From an uncultured delta proteobacterium (lineage in GTDB: Bacteria; Desulfobacterota; Binatia; Bin18), in assembly GCA_963733195.1 (NCBI GenBank), contig CAVTCR010000019.1, forward strand, positions 89,553 to 153,552: a DNA stretch of 64,000 nucleotides. Direction: 5' to 3'. Made by a program: the position numbers and the translations under genes. Positions within the stretch are counted from its first letter, which is position 1; each line of letters opens with the position of its first letter. Positions 33,880-43,776 of the stretch are shown here, piece after piece. The notes beneath the pieces were generated by a model. That model was not told the DNA's origin. It worked only from the letters and a program-made list of their open reading frames with translations, and did no database searches.

Positions 33880-34710
33880 TCACACTCGGGCAAGAGGAAC
33901 AGACAGCCCTGGGACCTCAACCCGCGTACGGAAGATAGTGCCTTTGCCGTCAGGGACCTCAGTGTTATCCGCAGTGACGATATAGAGGTCACGGCGGTCT
34001 TTCCAGCCAAAGCAGACGCTCGTCACTGCTTTCGCCGGTACGTCGATCTTGCGATCCACTTTCCCTTCTGGGGTGTAGCGAGTCACGCATCGGCCACCGT
34101 AAACAGCAACCCAAACGCATCCGGCCTCGTCAACACACAGACCATCGGGAATCGTTCCGCCGGTCATCTGCGCAATCGCTCGACGGTTGGTCATCGTTCC
34201 ATCTGCAGCAACATCATGAACAATGAGATGCGGGCCGGAACTGTCTGCGTGATAGATCGTCTTCCCATCGGGGGAAAAGCCGATCCCGTTGGTCAGGCCA
34301 ACATTACCGTACATTTCTGTAACTTTGCTTTCTCCTTCGATCCGCCATAACTCCCCAGGAGTGCGGGACCCTTCTTTGAAAGGATCAGAACGTAACGACC
34401 CGGCGTAGACGCGGCCAGCACTGTCAGTAAAGATGTCGTTGAATCCGGGGATATCATCGCGCTGAAACAAGATACGTGTCTGACCATCTTTGACATGACA
34501 AATGTTCTTGCCAGAGACAACGACACCACCGTCGGCATGCAACGCGATACCCCCGACTCCGCGCCGACGTGGGACAGCGGTACTTACTTCTCCGCTCGGC
34601 GAACGGCGATACACACCGCCGTTTGTGACATCGCTAAAATAGAGATTATCGTTGCTATCAACGCGCGGACCTTCAAGTAACCCGTAACCAGACGCGAGTG
34701 TTTCGAGCAT
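33880..34710 (-). CDS. SMP-30/gluconolactonase/LRE family protein
   Basis: LEGPR, FNDIFTD, NGIGFSPDG, PDGLCVD; AGGAG RBS before the ATG at 34710. Confidence 0.9.
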   Translation of the reverse strand: MLETLASGYGLLEGPRVDSNDNLYFSDVTNGGVYRRSPSGEVSTAVPRRRGVGGIALHADGGVVVSGKNICHVKDGQTRILFQRDDIPGFNDIFTDSAGRVYAGSLRSDPFKEGSRTPGELWRIEGESKVTEMYGNVGLTNGIGFSPDGKTIYHADSSGPHLIVHDVAADGTMTNRRAIAQMTGGTIPDGLCVDEAGCVWVAVYGGRCVTRYTPEGKVDRKIDVPAKAVTSVCFGWKDRRDLYIVTADNTEVPDGKGTIFRTRVEVPGLSVPLARV

Positions 34711-34870
34711 GACGTTCTCCTCCTTTACTATTTTAGAGCCTTCATCCTTCGATCCTTCGACTACGCTCACCTGTGCCTGCGGCACTGGCGCAGGCAGGAC
34801 AGGCTTTGCTAACGCTACACTCAAGACGAACGGGGGAATCTTCTCCAACTGCAATTCATAAATGAAAAGA

Positions 34871-34893
34871 GGCGCAGCATGCTGCGCCCCTAC
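34871..34893. repeat. GTAG-type REP palindrome
   Basis: Identical core to 10455-10478. Confidence 0.75.
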
Positions 34894-34921
34894 CTCATGA
34901 GCTAATTGCTGATAGCTTTGA

Positions 34922-36097
34922 CTAGTTCAACCCATAGACCTTGGCAACGCTATCACCCAACAGATTCCGCCGTGCTGTCTCTGACAACGGAGAAACAAGA
35001 TTGCTGAGCGCTTCGATATAGTTCCCCGGATGATCGAAATGTGGAAAGTCCGTCGCCCAGAAAAATTTATCGTTCCCAACGTGCTCTACAATATGTGCGA
35101 GCGCTTTTTCATCCGGGTCGCCGGAAATCCAGCACTGTCGCTTGAAGTAGAAGCTGGGTTTTTCTTTGAGCAGCACACTCTTACCCAGTGCTGTCTCATA
35201 GGTTGTATCCATGCGATCAAGTGCCGCACCGATCCAGCCGGCACCAGATTCGAGCAGAACGACCTTCACGTTAGGAAATTTATCAAACAGTCCATATTGG
35301 AATAGCGCAAAGAGGGCTTGTTGCGGCCCTTGCGCACCCAACACATTGTGATACCAATCGGCCCACTTCATCTCCTTGAAGCGTTGATAAACGCGCTTAC
35401 TCGGGTGCTCAGCCATAGGATGAATGCCAACCGGCACGCCAAGCTCTTGCGCTTTCGCCCAGAATGGGTCGTGATCAGGGTGTGCATGGGCTTTCATCGT
35501 CATGGTGAAGGGCGCAACAAATGCGCCCTTGCATCCTGCTTTTATTGAACGTTCCAGTTCTTTCGCTGCTTCGTGCCCGTCAGCCAAAGAGATATGCGCA
35601 ACCGGGATGAGGCGATCCTTATAGTCCGAGCAAAAGTCGACAATCCAACGATTATACGCCTTTGCATAGGCAAGCGAGACGCCAGGGTCTTCGGTCTCAC
35701 ATTCCCAAGTCAAGCCAATGCTGGGGTAGAGAATTGAGGCGCGCAAGCCTTCGCGATCCAGCAGCTCGACACGTTCCTTTGGATACATCGAACCAAAGGG
35801 GGCTGCCTCACTGTACTTTTTTTCCTGCAGTTTAACTGCCATCTGGTCAGCGCTTTCTCCCATACTGCCCAGCAGCGTAAACGTTTTCAGGTTGAAAAAC
35901 TTCGACGGATGGCCTTCGATTTCGAGATATTCTTTCCCTTCGCTGTTCACTCGAACGCGAATCGCCTTGTCGCGATATTGCGGGTCAATATATTTTTCCC
36001 AAATATCTGGCGGCTCTAAGATATGACCATCAGCATCAATGACGTTGTTATACGGAATACGGTATTTGAAATTACGCTCCATTGCATTCTCATTCAT
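34922..36097 (-). CDS. Amidohydrolase family protein (Amidohydro_2)
   Basis: IDADGHILEP, AYNRW, LESGAGW, WATDFPHFD. Confidence 0.9.
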   Translation of the reverse strand: MNENAMERNFKYRIPYNNVIDADGHILEPPDIWEKYIDPQYRDKAIRVRVNSEGKEYLEIEGHPSKFFNLKTFTLLGSMGESADQMAVKLQEKKYSEAAPFGSMYPKERVELLDREGLRASILYPSIGLTWECETEDPGVSLAYAKAYNRWIVDFCSDYKDRLIPVAHISLADGHEAAKELERSIKAGCKGAFVAPFTMTMKAHAHPDHDPFWAKAQELGVPVGIHPMAEHPSKRVYQRFKEMKWADWYHNVLGAQGPQQALFALFQYGLFDKFPNVKVVLLESGAGWIGAALDRMDTTYETALGKSVLLKEKPSFYFKRQCWISGDPDEKALAHIVEHVGNDKFFWATDFPHFDHPGNYIEALSNLVSPLSETARRNLLGDSVAKVYGLN

Positions 36098-36111
36098 CGC
36101 AACAGCACTCC

Positions 36112-37287
36112 TTAATTCAGCGGCACGCCATAGACCTGTGCCACGTTTTCTCCCAAAATTCCTCGTCGCGCCCGCTCTGAAAGGGGAGCAACCAGGGTAT
36201 CTAGCGCCTTCATGTAACCAAGTGTGTGATCATCGTGTGGGTAATCGGTCGCCCAGAAGAATTTGTCCGGTCCTAAGAAATCGATCAGGTAAGACACGGC
36301 ACGCTCGTCCGGGTCTGCTGAGATCCAGCATTGGCGTTGGAAGTAAAAACTCGGCTTCTCTTTCAAAGGCACGGACTGTCCCAAGCAGGTCTCATAGGCC
36401 GCATCCATGCGGTCAAGCAGGTGCCCAATCCAGCCCGCGCCGGATTCAAGCATCACGATTTTGACTTTGGGGAACCGATCAAATAAGCCATATTGAAAGA
36501 GTGCGAGAAAGGCTTGTTGTGGTCCCTGTCCGCCGAGCACATCGACCCACCATTCACCCCATTTGTACATTTCCCGAAAACGTTGATAGACGCGACGATT
36601 CGGTGGCTCCGCTACCGGATGAATTGCCACTGGTACGTCATGGTCCTGAACAGCGGCCCAGAAACGGTCATAATCTTTATGAGCATGTGGTTTATCAGTC
36701 AGCGTGTGGGGCGCGACAAAGATGCCCTTGCAGCCAGCTTTCACTGCCCGTTCGAATTCTTCAACCTCCATGTGCCCATCGGTCAAACAAATATGCGCTA
36801 TTGGCACTAGCCGCCCAGCAGAGTCCGCACAGAAGTCGACTACCCAGCGATTGTAGGCGCGACAATATGCGGTGGCCAACTCTAGGTCCGTCACTTCACT
36901 TTCCCATTCCAGAGCGATGGTGGGATAGACAAAGGCTTTTCTCAGTCCTTCATAGTCGAGGAGCTGCAGCCGCTCTTTCGGGTCGTTGCCACCAAACGGA
37001 ATGCTGTCCTTGTAAGAAATCCGCGTGAGTTGATCTCGGTCCTCAAACGAGAAGCCCATACCGCGGCCACGCGCGAGGAGATCCGCATTGAGATACCGCG
37101 ACGGCTTCCCACCGACCTGCATCCGTTCGCGTCCATCGGCATCGATCCCAAGGCGAATGGCTCGGTCACGATATTGCGATTCCAAATACCTCTCCCACAA
37201 ATCGTGGGGTTCGTTGATATGGCCGTCAGCATCGATCACGCCCTCGTACGAGGTGCGGGTCGTTTTGGGCATCGTCCGTGGCTGCAC
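36112..37287 (-). CDS. Amidohydrolase family protein, tandem paralog
   Basis: IDADGHINEP, AYNRW, LESGAGW, WATDYPHDD; AGGAGG before the GTG at 37287. Confidence 0.9.
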   Translation of the reverse strand: MQPRTMPKTTRTSYEGVIDADGHINEPHDLWERYLESQYRDRAIRLGIDADGRERMQVGGKPSRYLNADLLARGRGMGFSFEDRDQLTRISYKDSIPFGGNDPKERLQLLDYEGLRKAFVYPTIALEWESEVTDLELATAYCRAYNRWVVDFCADSAGRLVPIAHICLTDGHMEVEEFERAVKAGCKGIFVAPHTLTDKPHAHKDYDRFWAAVQDHDVPVAIHPVAEPPNRRVYQRFREMYKWGEWWVDVLGGQGPQQAFLALFQYGLFDRFPKVKIVMLESGAGWIGHLLDRMDAAYETCLGQSVPLKEKPSFYFQRQCWISADPDERAVSYLIDFLGPDKFFWATDYPHDDHTLGYMKALDTLVAPLSERARRGILGENVAQVYGVPLN

Positions 37288-37472
37288 TGTGGCTCCTCCT
37301 TCAATTGTTGAGTACCAATCATTCATTGCTAGAGTTTCGTATAGGGGGTTTTTGCTGTCAAGAGGAAGCATTCTTAACGCAAATCCCTCATTTTCACTTT
37401 ACGGGATTCCTCGCTGTGACTCCAGAATCCCAATATCATGCCGATAACGTTCAATGTGGGGACATTACCGCC

Positions 37473-39527
37473 ATGAGATTTCGAGACGAACAACTTAAAC
37501 TGCAGCAGGAGGTAGACGCCGAGGATCGGTCACTCGAGCAGGACCTTCCCACAACAGCGAAGGTCGAATATCTCCAGAATGCGCCCAAAGTCCGTCGCCC
37601 TGTTCTCTTAGGCCAATTACTCATCCAAATCGGTGCTGTGAAACAGGAGCATCTTGAGGCAGCACTTGTACAACAGAAGCAAACCAAGAAGAAGATCGGC
37701 ACCCTTTTGGTAGAAAATGGCTGGATCAGTGAAGCCACGCTTGTCCAAGCATTGCAACTGTGTCAGTTCCTGCGCTCTCAAGGTGACAAACTTCGCGAGA
37801 AATTCGCCCCCTTACTCTCCAGCCAATGTATGAGCGAGCAAGAGTTAGAAGCTGCCATTATTGACTCCCAGGTAAGGCGGCGCTCGGTCGAGACTATTCT
37901 CGTTGAGAAGTATCATATTAGCAAGCAAGATATTGGTCAGGCGCTCAGCACCTTCTACCGCTGCCCGTTTGTAGAGAACCTCGATCGCCTTCCGATGACT
38001 CCAGATTTGGTACAGCGTCTCAATCCGACGTATCTCAAAACTAATTTATGGATCCCACTCCAGGAGAGTAAAGACAACGTCACGGTTTTAATCGACGATC
38101 CGCATGATTTCCCCAGGTTTCAAGATATCCGACGCTTATTCCCAGGAAAAGAAATCCGTTTCTCGGTTGCCCTGCGCCAAGACATTGCCCAATACGTGCA
38201 AGCGATCACCAACACTGGTCAACAACAGGTCACGCTCGAACCCATTCCGGCAATCTTACGTCAGCTAGACAGTGAAGGCTATGACATTTCTGAGGAAGAT
38301 GCGCCGTCAGTTATGGTCAACGAGAACGATAGCGCCATCGTCCGCTTGGCTAACCAAATCATCAGTGACGGGTATCGTAAGGGAGCCTCAGATATTCACA
38401 TCGAGCCAGCAGGAGAGAAAGAAGAAACCAGTGTCCGCTTTCGTATCGATGGGAGTTTTCTCGACTACCTCAAAGTTTCGCCACTCTACCGTCGTGCCCT
38501 TGCCTCACGGCTGAAGATCATGGCGCGACTCGATATCGCGGAACGACGGAAGCCACAAGACGGAAAGATTCACTTTCGTTTGTCAGATCGCGAAATCGAG
38601 GTCCGTGTGGCAACTCTTCCCACGGTCGGCACGGGAAACGAAGATATGGTCTTGCGTATTTTTGATCCCACGCGGCAGGTCGCACTTGATCACCTCCATA
38701 TGGCCGAGCTTACCTTGCAGCGTTTTACCAATGTATTACAAAAGCCTCACGGAATGATCCTCTGCGTTGGACCGACAGGTTCCGGAAAGACAACCACACT
38801 CCACTCGGCTCTGCGGTTCCTCATCTCTCCGCACCGAAAGATCTGGACTGTCGAGGATCCAGTAGAGATCACCCAGCGAGGGGTTCGCCAAGTACAAGTG
38901 AACGCAAAGATCGGCTTGGATTTTGCCGCTGCCTTACGTTCTTTCTTACGAGCGGACCCAGACGTCATTATGGTGGGTGAAATTCGTGATCGTGAAACCG
39001 CCGAAGTGAGTCTACGTGCTGCTCTCACTGGCCACCTCGTACTCAGTACCCTGCACACCAATAGTGCAGTTGAGACCGCCACTCGGTTCATAGACATGGG
39101 GCTCGACCCATTCCACTTCGCCGACGCTCTACGCGGGGTGTTAGCTCAACGGTTAGTCCGCACTCTGTGTGTGGCATGTAAAGAGTGCTATTCTCCAACC
39201 AAAGAAGAATACGACGCCCTGGCCTACGAATATGGCGAGCAGAGCTTTGCTAACCTACACACTCCTTACAACGACACGTTTGCGTTGTTTCGTCCCCGTG
39301 GCTGTGATGAGTGTTATAATACAGGCTACAAAGGGCGGTTAGGACTCCATGAATTATTTGTGATCACCGAAGAAGTCAGGAACCTCCTTCGCCAACGTGT
39401 TTCGTACGCCGACCTTTTACACATAGCTCTTACACAAGGCATGACGACGCTCATGCAGGATGGCATCGCCAAGGTCCTCCAAGGCTGGACCGATCTCCCT
39501 CAAGTCCGGATGGCTACTATGAGGTAG
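37473..39527 (+). CDS. GspE/PulE/PilB-family secretion ATPase with N-terminal MshEN-like motifs
   Basis: ASDIHIEP, GPTGSGKTTT, LRADPDVIMVGEIRD, TGHLVLSTLHTN, CxxC...CxxC; N-terminal LGQLLIQIGAV..LEAALVQQ..KIGTLLVENG. Confidence 0.92.
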   Translation: MRFRDEQLKLQQEVDAEDRSLEQDLPTTAKVEYLQNAPKVRRPVLLGQLLIQIGAVKQEHLEAALVQQKQTKKKIGTLLVENGWISEATLVQALQLCQFLRSQGDKLREKFAPLLSSQCMSEQELEAAIIDSQVRRRSVETILVEKYHISKQDIGQALSTFYRCPFVENLDRLPMTPDLVQRLNPTYLKTNLWIPLQESKDNVTVLIDDPHDFPRFQDIRRLFPGKEIRFSVALRQDIAQYVQAITNTGQQQVTLEPIPAILRQLDSEGYDISEEDAPSVMVNENDSAIVRLANQIISDGYRKGASDIHIEPAGEKEETSVRFRIDGSFLDYLKVSPLYRRALASRLKIMARLDIAERRKPQDGKIHFRLSDREIEVRVATLPTVGTGNEDMVLRIFDPTRQVALDHLHMAELTLQRFTNVLQKPHGMILCVGPTGSGKTTTLHSALRFLISPHRKIWTVEDPVEITQRGVRQVQVNAKIGLDFAAALRSFLRADPDVIMVGEIRDRETAEVSLRAALTGHLVLSTLHTNSAVETATRFIDMGLDPFHFADALRGVLAQRLVRTLCVACKECYSPTKEEYDALAYEYGEQSFANLHTPYNDTFALFRPRGCDECYNTGYKGRLGLHELFVITEEVRNLLRQRVSYADLLHIALTQGMTTLMQDGIAKVLQGWTDLPQVRMATMR

Positions 39528-39628
39528 CTCCCCGCAAGCCCCTTGCTTTGAAAAGCCAAGAGACTATAAATCAGGGAAATAACCCTAACCACGCATCGCC
39601 TCGAAGTGATGCGCAAAGGAGGTGCTGT

Positions 39629-40030
39629 ATGAGCGCAGAAGACAATAAGAAGGTCGTGTTAAGTTTCTTTGAGAACTTCTCTACCGGAAAGGCCGAGGCT
39701 GCTCTCGGGCAGATGGCTGACACCGCGACGTGGACCGTCATGGGCAAACCGGAGAACTTCGCGCTGGCAGGAACAAAAACCAAAGCGCAATTCACCGAGT
39801 TGCTAAAAGGCATTGGCGCAGCGATGCCGAAAGGGCTGCGGCTCACTGCCAAAGCCATGACTGCTGAAGGTGATCGTGTAGCAGTTGAGGCCGAATCATA
39901 CGGCGAACACGCCAACGGCAAAGTCTACAACAACGCCTATCACTTCCTCATTGAAGTGCGAAACGGCAAGATCCAAGCCGTGCGTGAGTACCTCGATACC
40001 ATTCACGCGAAGGAAGTGTTGCTCGGGTAA
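39629..40030 (+). CDS. SnoaL/NTF2-like protein
   Basis: AEGDRVAVEAES...YNNAYHFL...VREYLDT; AGGAGG RBS. Confidence 0.85.
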   Translation: MSAEDNKKVVLSFFENFSTGKAEAALGQMADTATWTVMGKPENFALAGTKTKAQFTELLKGIGAAMPKGLRLTAKAMTAEGDRVAVEAESYGEHANGKVYNNAYHFLIEVRNGKIQAVREYLDTIHAKEVLLG

Positions 40031-40063
40031 GCAGCGGTCCATCTTTTAGCAGCCCACTATCAC

Positions 40064-40100
40064 AAAAAGAGGGGTGTCGCCGCGCGAGCCCCTCTTTTTT
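40064..40100. terminator. Intrinsic terminator, possibly bidirectional
   Basis: AAAAAGAGGGG...CCCCTCTTTTTT. Confidence 0.75.
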
Positions 40101-40118
40101 CTGCTAGACTCGCCCTAG

Positions 40119-40871
40119 ATGAGTAGTGAAATTAACTACGATCAGTGTTATCAGACGCTGAACCTGAGACCCGGGGCTTCCCTCGCGGAGATTAAACAGC
40201 GCTACCGCGAACTCGCACGGCGCTTTCACCCAGATAAAGTTCCTCCTGCACAGCGAGAACGGGCAACACTCCAGTTTCAGCGGATTAACGAGGCTAAGGA
40301 AGTTTTGGAAGCATATTGGGAGGAGCAACGCAGTGCTCCTCCTAGTGCGTTGCATCAGCGCTTCCAAGAGGCACTACGCCGTCGCGAAGAAGAACAACGC
40401 CAACGCACTGAAGCGGCATGGCGTCCGCGTACGGAACCACCGCGCCCGCCACAACACCAACGGCCCGCCACTCCTAAGACACCCTACGAACCTACGGAAC
40501 AGAAACGACACACATCTAGAGAGCCCTCATCAGTATCTTTTCTCGCCCGCGTCTTCATCGTCCTTATCGCCGAGACCAGCATTTTTCTGATTTTGTGGTT
40601 CGGCTACCACAGCCTCAGCGATATCCACACCGCCCTCGTCAGATTACAGGTATATACCGCTAATGATCTGATGCTCAAAGTTTCTTTCGGGTTAGTAGTT
40701 CTGGCGCTGCTGGTGTGTGGCTACGTGACCGGTATTGCGTTGATTCTGCTAGCGTTCTTGCTGCTCGTCGTTCCCCACGAACGTATCCTGCACATGCTTT
40801 CTGGTCGACGAAAGCGACCAGCCAACCCCTTCCCTTACCTCTCTCGGCCATTTTCGGCTCGGCGCAAGTAG
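40119..40871 (+). CDS. J-domain membrane protein
   Basis: HPD motif in an N-terminal J domain, Pro-rich linker, C-terminal TM segments. Confidence 0.85.
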   Translation: MSSEINYDQCYQTLNLRPGASLAEIKQRYRELARRFHPDKVPPAQRERATLQFQRINEAKEVLEAYWEEQRSAPPSALHQRFQEALRRREEEQRQRTEAAWRPRTEPPRPPQHQRPATPKTPYEPTEQKRHTSREPSSVSFLARVFIVLIAETSIFLILWFGYHSLSDIHTALVRLQVYTANDLMLKVSFGLVVLALLVCGYVTGIALILLAFLLLVVPHERILHMLSGRRKRPANPFPYLSRPFSARRK

Positions 40872-41025
40872 AAAGAGGACAGGAGCCGAACTTTGAACTC
40901 TGAAGAAGAGACGTTTACCTCAATTATCAAGGGAACGTCCGGTCCGAAAAATCCCTTCGGTGTATCGACCCGGTTACGCTCAAAGTGAACGGAAACCTAT
41001 TACATCCCTATAATAGAGGGATACA

Positions 41026-41787
41026 TCAATAGGCACTCAATCCACCATCGACTGGAATGATGGCCCCGGTCATGAAGCTGGCTTCCTCGGACGCGAGGTA
41101 GAGTGCAAGGTTCACCACTTCTTGTGAGGTGCCGAAACGTTTGATCAGATGCATGTCACCAATCTGCTTCCATACGGCTTCTTTGTTCTCCATTGCTTCA
41201 ATGTATTTGCGTGGCATGGGCGTATCGATCGCCCCTGGGCAAATAGCGTTCACGCGGATGTTATGGGGCGCGAGATCAACGGCCATACACCGAGTGAGAT
41301 TTACCAATCCTCCCTTTGCCGCGCCATACGCTGCCATCGCGGGATAGCCGACAATACCACCGACGGACGAGATATTGATGATCGAGCCGCTCTGTTGCTT
41401 GATCATATGCTGCACCACGGCTTTACTCACGAGGAACGGCCCGGTGAGGTCGATCGTGAGAATGCGATTCCATTCCTCCAGCGTCGTTTCATGGAATAAC
41501 TTGCCCAAGATGATCCCGGCGTTGTTATACAGAACATCGATGCGTCCATAGGCTGTGATACATCTCTCTGCGAGGCGATTGGCATCTGCCTCTTGCGATA
41601 CATCCGCCGGTACAAACACTGCCTGTTTGCCTTGGGACGCAAGGCGCGCGGCGACCCGTTCGCCTTCTGGCAAGACATCGCTGAGTACGAGTTGTGCCCC
41701 TTCTTTCGCGAACACCTCTGCAGCAACTTCCCCTTGCCCACGTGCGGCACCAGTGATGATGACAACCTTTCCGTCAAGTCGGCCCAT
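41026..41787 (-). CDS. SDR oxidoreductase
   Basis: TGAARGQG, NNAG, YGAAKGG, PGAIDTPM. Confidence 0.92.
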   Translation of the reverse strand: MGRLDGKVVIITGAARGQGEVAAEVFAKEGAQLVLSDVLPEGERVAARLASQGKQAVFVPADVSQEADANRLAERCITAYGRIDVLYNNAGIILGKLFHETTLEEWNRILTIDLTGPFLVSKAVVQHMIKQQSGSIINISSVGGIVGYPAMAAYGAAKGGLVNLTRCMAVDLAPHNIRVNAICPGAIDTPMPRKYIEAMENKEAVWKQIGDMHLIKRFGTSQEVVNLALYLASEEASFMTGAIIPVDGGLSAY

Positions 41788-41953
41788 GATTTCCTCCTGC
41801 AAAAAAATAGTCAGTATTCAGTAGCCAGTAATCGATAAGGGGACATAGCAGAAATAATTGACGGTTGCCAAACCCGGAATCTGCAAGTAAGAGGGTTCTA
41901 CTTTTGGCTGAGGGCTGACCACTGATAGCTGATAACCTTATGAAGGAACAACT

Positions 41954-43681
41954 ATGGCACTAACTGTAGATCCCATCACGTTAGCTGTCGTGCAAGGCGT
42001 CCTGGAATCAACCCAACGCGAAATGACCTTGACCATTGAGAAAACCTCGCGCTCGTCGGTATTCAACATTGCGCGTGATTACTCGAACGCATTGTTCAAC
42101 GGCAAAGGCGAGATGATCCTGCAAGGACAGGATATTCCGATTCACCTCGGTTCGTTGATGCCCGCGCTCCGCACGGTGGCCGACTATTTTACAGATGAGA
42201 CGCATCCTGGTGATGTCTTCTACCACAACGATCCAGCCTGGAGCGGCTCGCATATCGTCGATTGCTGCATGTACAAGCCGGTCTTCTATAAAGATGAACT
42301 GGTCTTCTGGACGGTGAGCAAGGGGCATGTCACAGACATCGGCGGCCCAGTACCGGCTGGTTATAATCCCGAAGCCAAGGAAATTTACGCTGAAGGGCTA
42401 CGTATCCCCCCGCTGAAAATCTACGATCGTGGCAAAGAGCGACGCGATGTTGTCAATCTGATCCTAACGAATGTACGCTCGCGTCGCCTCCAGGCTGGAG
42501 ATATGCGCGCGCAGCTTGCTGCTGTCACTATCGGTGAACGTAATCTCATTGCGTTGTTGGATAAGTACGGAAAAGAAACGGTGCAGGCTTGTATTGCGGA
42601 GCTATTGAACCTGGCAGAACGGCAGATGCGCAAGTTCATCACCGATATTCCTGATGGTGTGTATCATGGCAGTTCGCTACTCGAAGATGCTGGGCATGGT
42701 TTTGGCGATATTAAGATTACGGCTGAAGTTACTGTCAAAGCAGATGCCATGCATGTACGGCTGAGTAGTCCCCCTCAGATTCCGTATTTCATTAATTCGT
42801 ATGCCTCTAATTCTTTATCTGGCGTGTATCTCGGCGTGATGATGTTTGCGCAGTTGCCACCGCCGTATAACGAAGGACTCTATAGAGCAATTGAAGTTGA
42901 CGTGGGTCCTGAAGGGACGATCACCAACGCCAAGGAACCGGCCCCGCATGTGAATTGTACGACGACACCGTCAGAGACGATTACTGATGCGGTTCGTATG
43001 GCGCTTGAGCAAGCCTTACCGCAGCGTGCCGTAGCATCGTGGGGACACTCGAATGGCCTCAATATCGCTGGACGGGACTTCCGCACCGGCGAAGAATATG
43101 TGTCGATGATCCTCGCGACGATCATCAGTGGAGGTGGGGCGACGCATCAAGCTGATGGGTGGCCGGCAGTTGGTCCAGAGTGCTGTTTTGGCGCACTCAC
43201 GAGCGGGGATATTGAGATTCTCGAATACCAATATCCGATTATTATTCATCGTTATGGTCTGATGACCGACTCAGGGGGAGCAGGGAAGTTTCGTGGTGGA
43301 TCAGGTACACATTGGGAAGTTGAACCGTTACATGACCCGATGCAGATAATCATGTTTGGTGAAGGGCGGAGGTATCCTTCTCCTGGTGCCTTGGGTGCAC
43401 AGTCTTCAGTGGTTGAACCCAAGGTTGGCCGAGCTTTGTACTACAAGAAAGACGGCTCAGTCGAGGAAATCAAAAAAAACATCATCACTTCCATCTCACC
43501 GGGAGAGCGATTTGCCAACGAAAATCCCGGCGGTGGTGGGGTTGGTGACCCCAAAGAACGCACAGTCGAGAGAGTGCTTGAGGATGTCAAGAACGGCCTT
43601 GTCTCTGTGCAGGCTGCCAAGGACGAATATGGGGTCAATGTCGGCGAAGAAATGCAGCGACGAATGGCGGTTGGCAAATAG
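41954..43681 (+). CDS. Hydantoinase B/oxoprolinase family protein
   Basis: DPITLAVV, PIHLGS, NDP..GSH..D, HVTDIGG, EGLRIPP, DSGGAGKFRGG, PGGGGVGDP. Confidence 0.92.
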   Translation: MALTVDPITLAVVQGVLESTQREMTLTIEKTSRSSVFNIARDYSNALFNGKGEMILQGQDIPIHLGSLMPALRTVADYFTDETHPGDVFYHNDPAWSGSHIVDCCMYKPVFYKDELVFWTVSKGHVTDIGGPVPAGYNPEAKEIYAEGLRIPPLKIYDRGKERRDVVNLILTNVRSRRLQAGDMRAQLAAVTIGERNLIALLDKYGKETVQACIAELLNLAERQMRKFITDIPDGVYHGSSLLEDAGHGFGDIKITAEVTVKADAMHVRLSSPPQIPYFINSYASNSLSGVYLGVMMFAQLPPPYNEGLYRAIEVDVGPEGTITNAKEPAPHVNCTTTPSETITDAVRMALEQALPQRAVASWGHSNGLNIAGRDFRTGEEYVSMILATIISGGGATHQADGWPAVGPECCFGALTSGDIEILEYQYPIIIHRYGLMTDSGGAGKFRGGSGTHWEVEPLHDPMQIIMFGEGRRYPSPGALGAQSSVVEPKVGRALYYKKDGSVEEIKKNIITSISPGERFANENPGGGGVGDPKERTVERVLEDVKNGLVSVQAAKDEYGVNVGEEMQRRMAVGK

Positions 43682-43756
43682 TGAAGAGTGAAAAGTTAAG
43701 AGTGAAGAATGAAAAAAGATCAACACGAGCTGCTTTTTAACTCTTCATTCTTCATT
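43680..43756. repeat. Heptamer-type intergenic repeat with inverted halves
   Basis: agtgaag agtgaaa agttaag agtgaag aatgaaa ... tttttaact cttcatt cttcatt. Confidence 0.65.
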
Positions 43757-43776
43757 ACATAATTCTTAATTATCTT

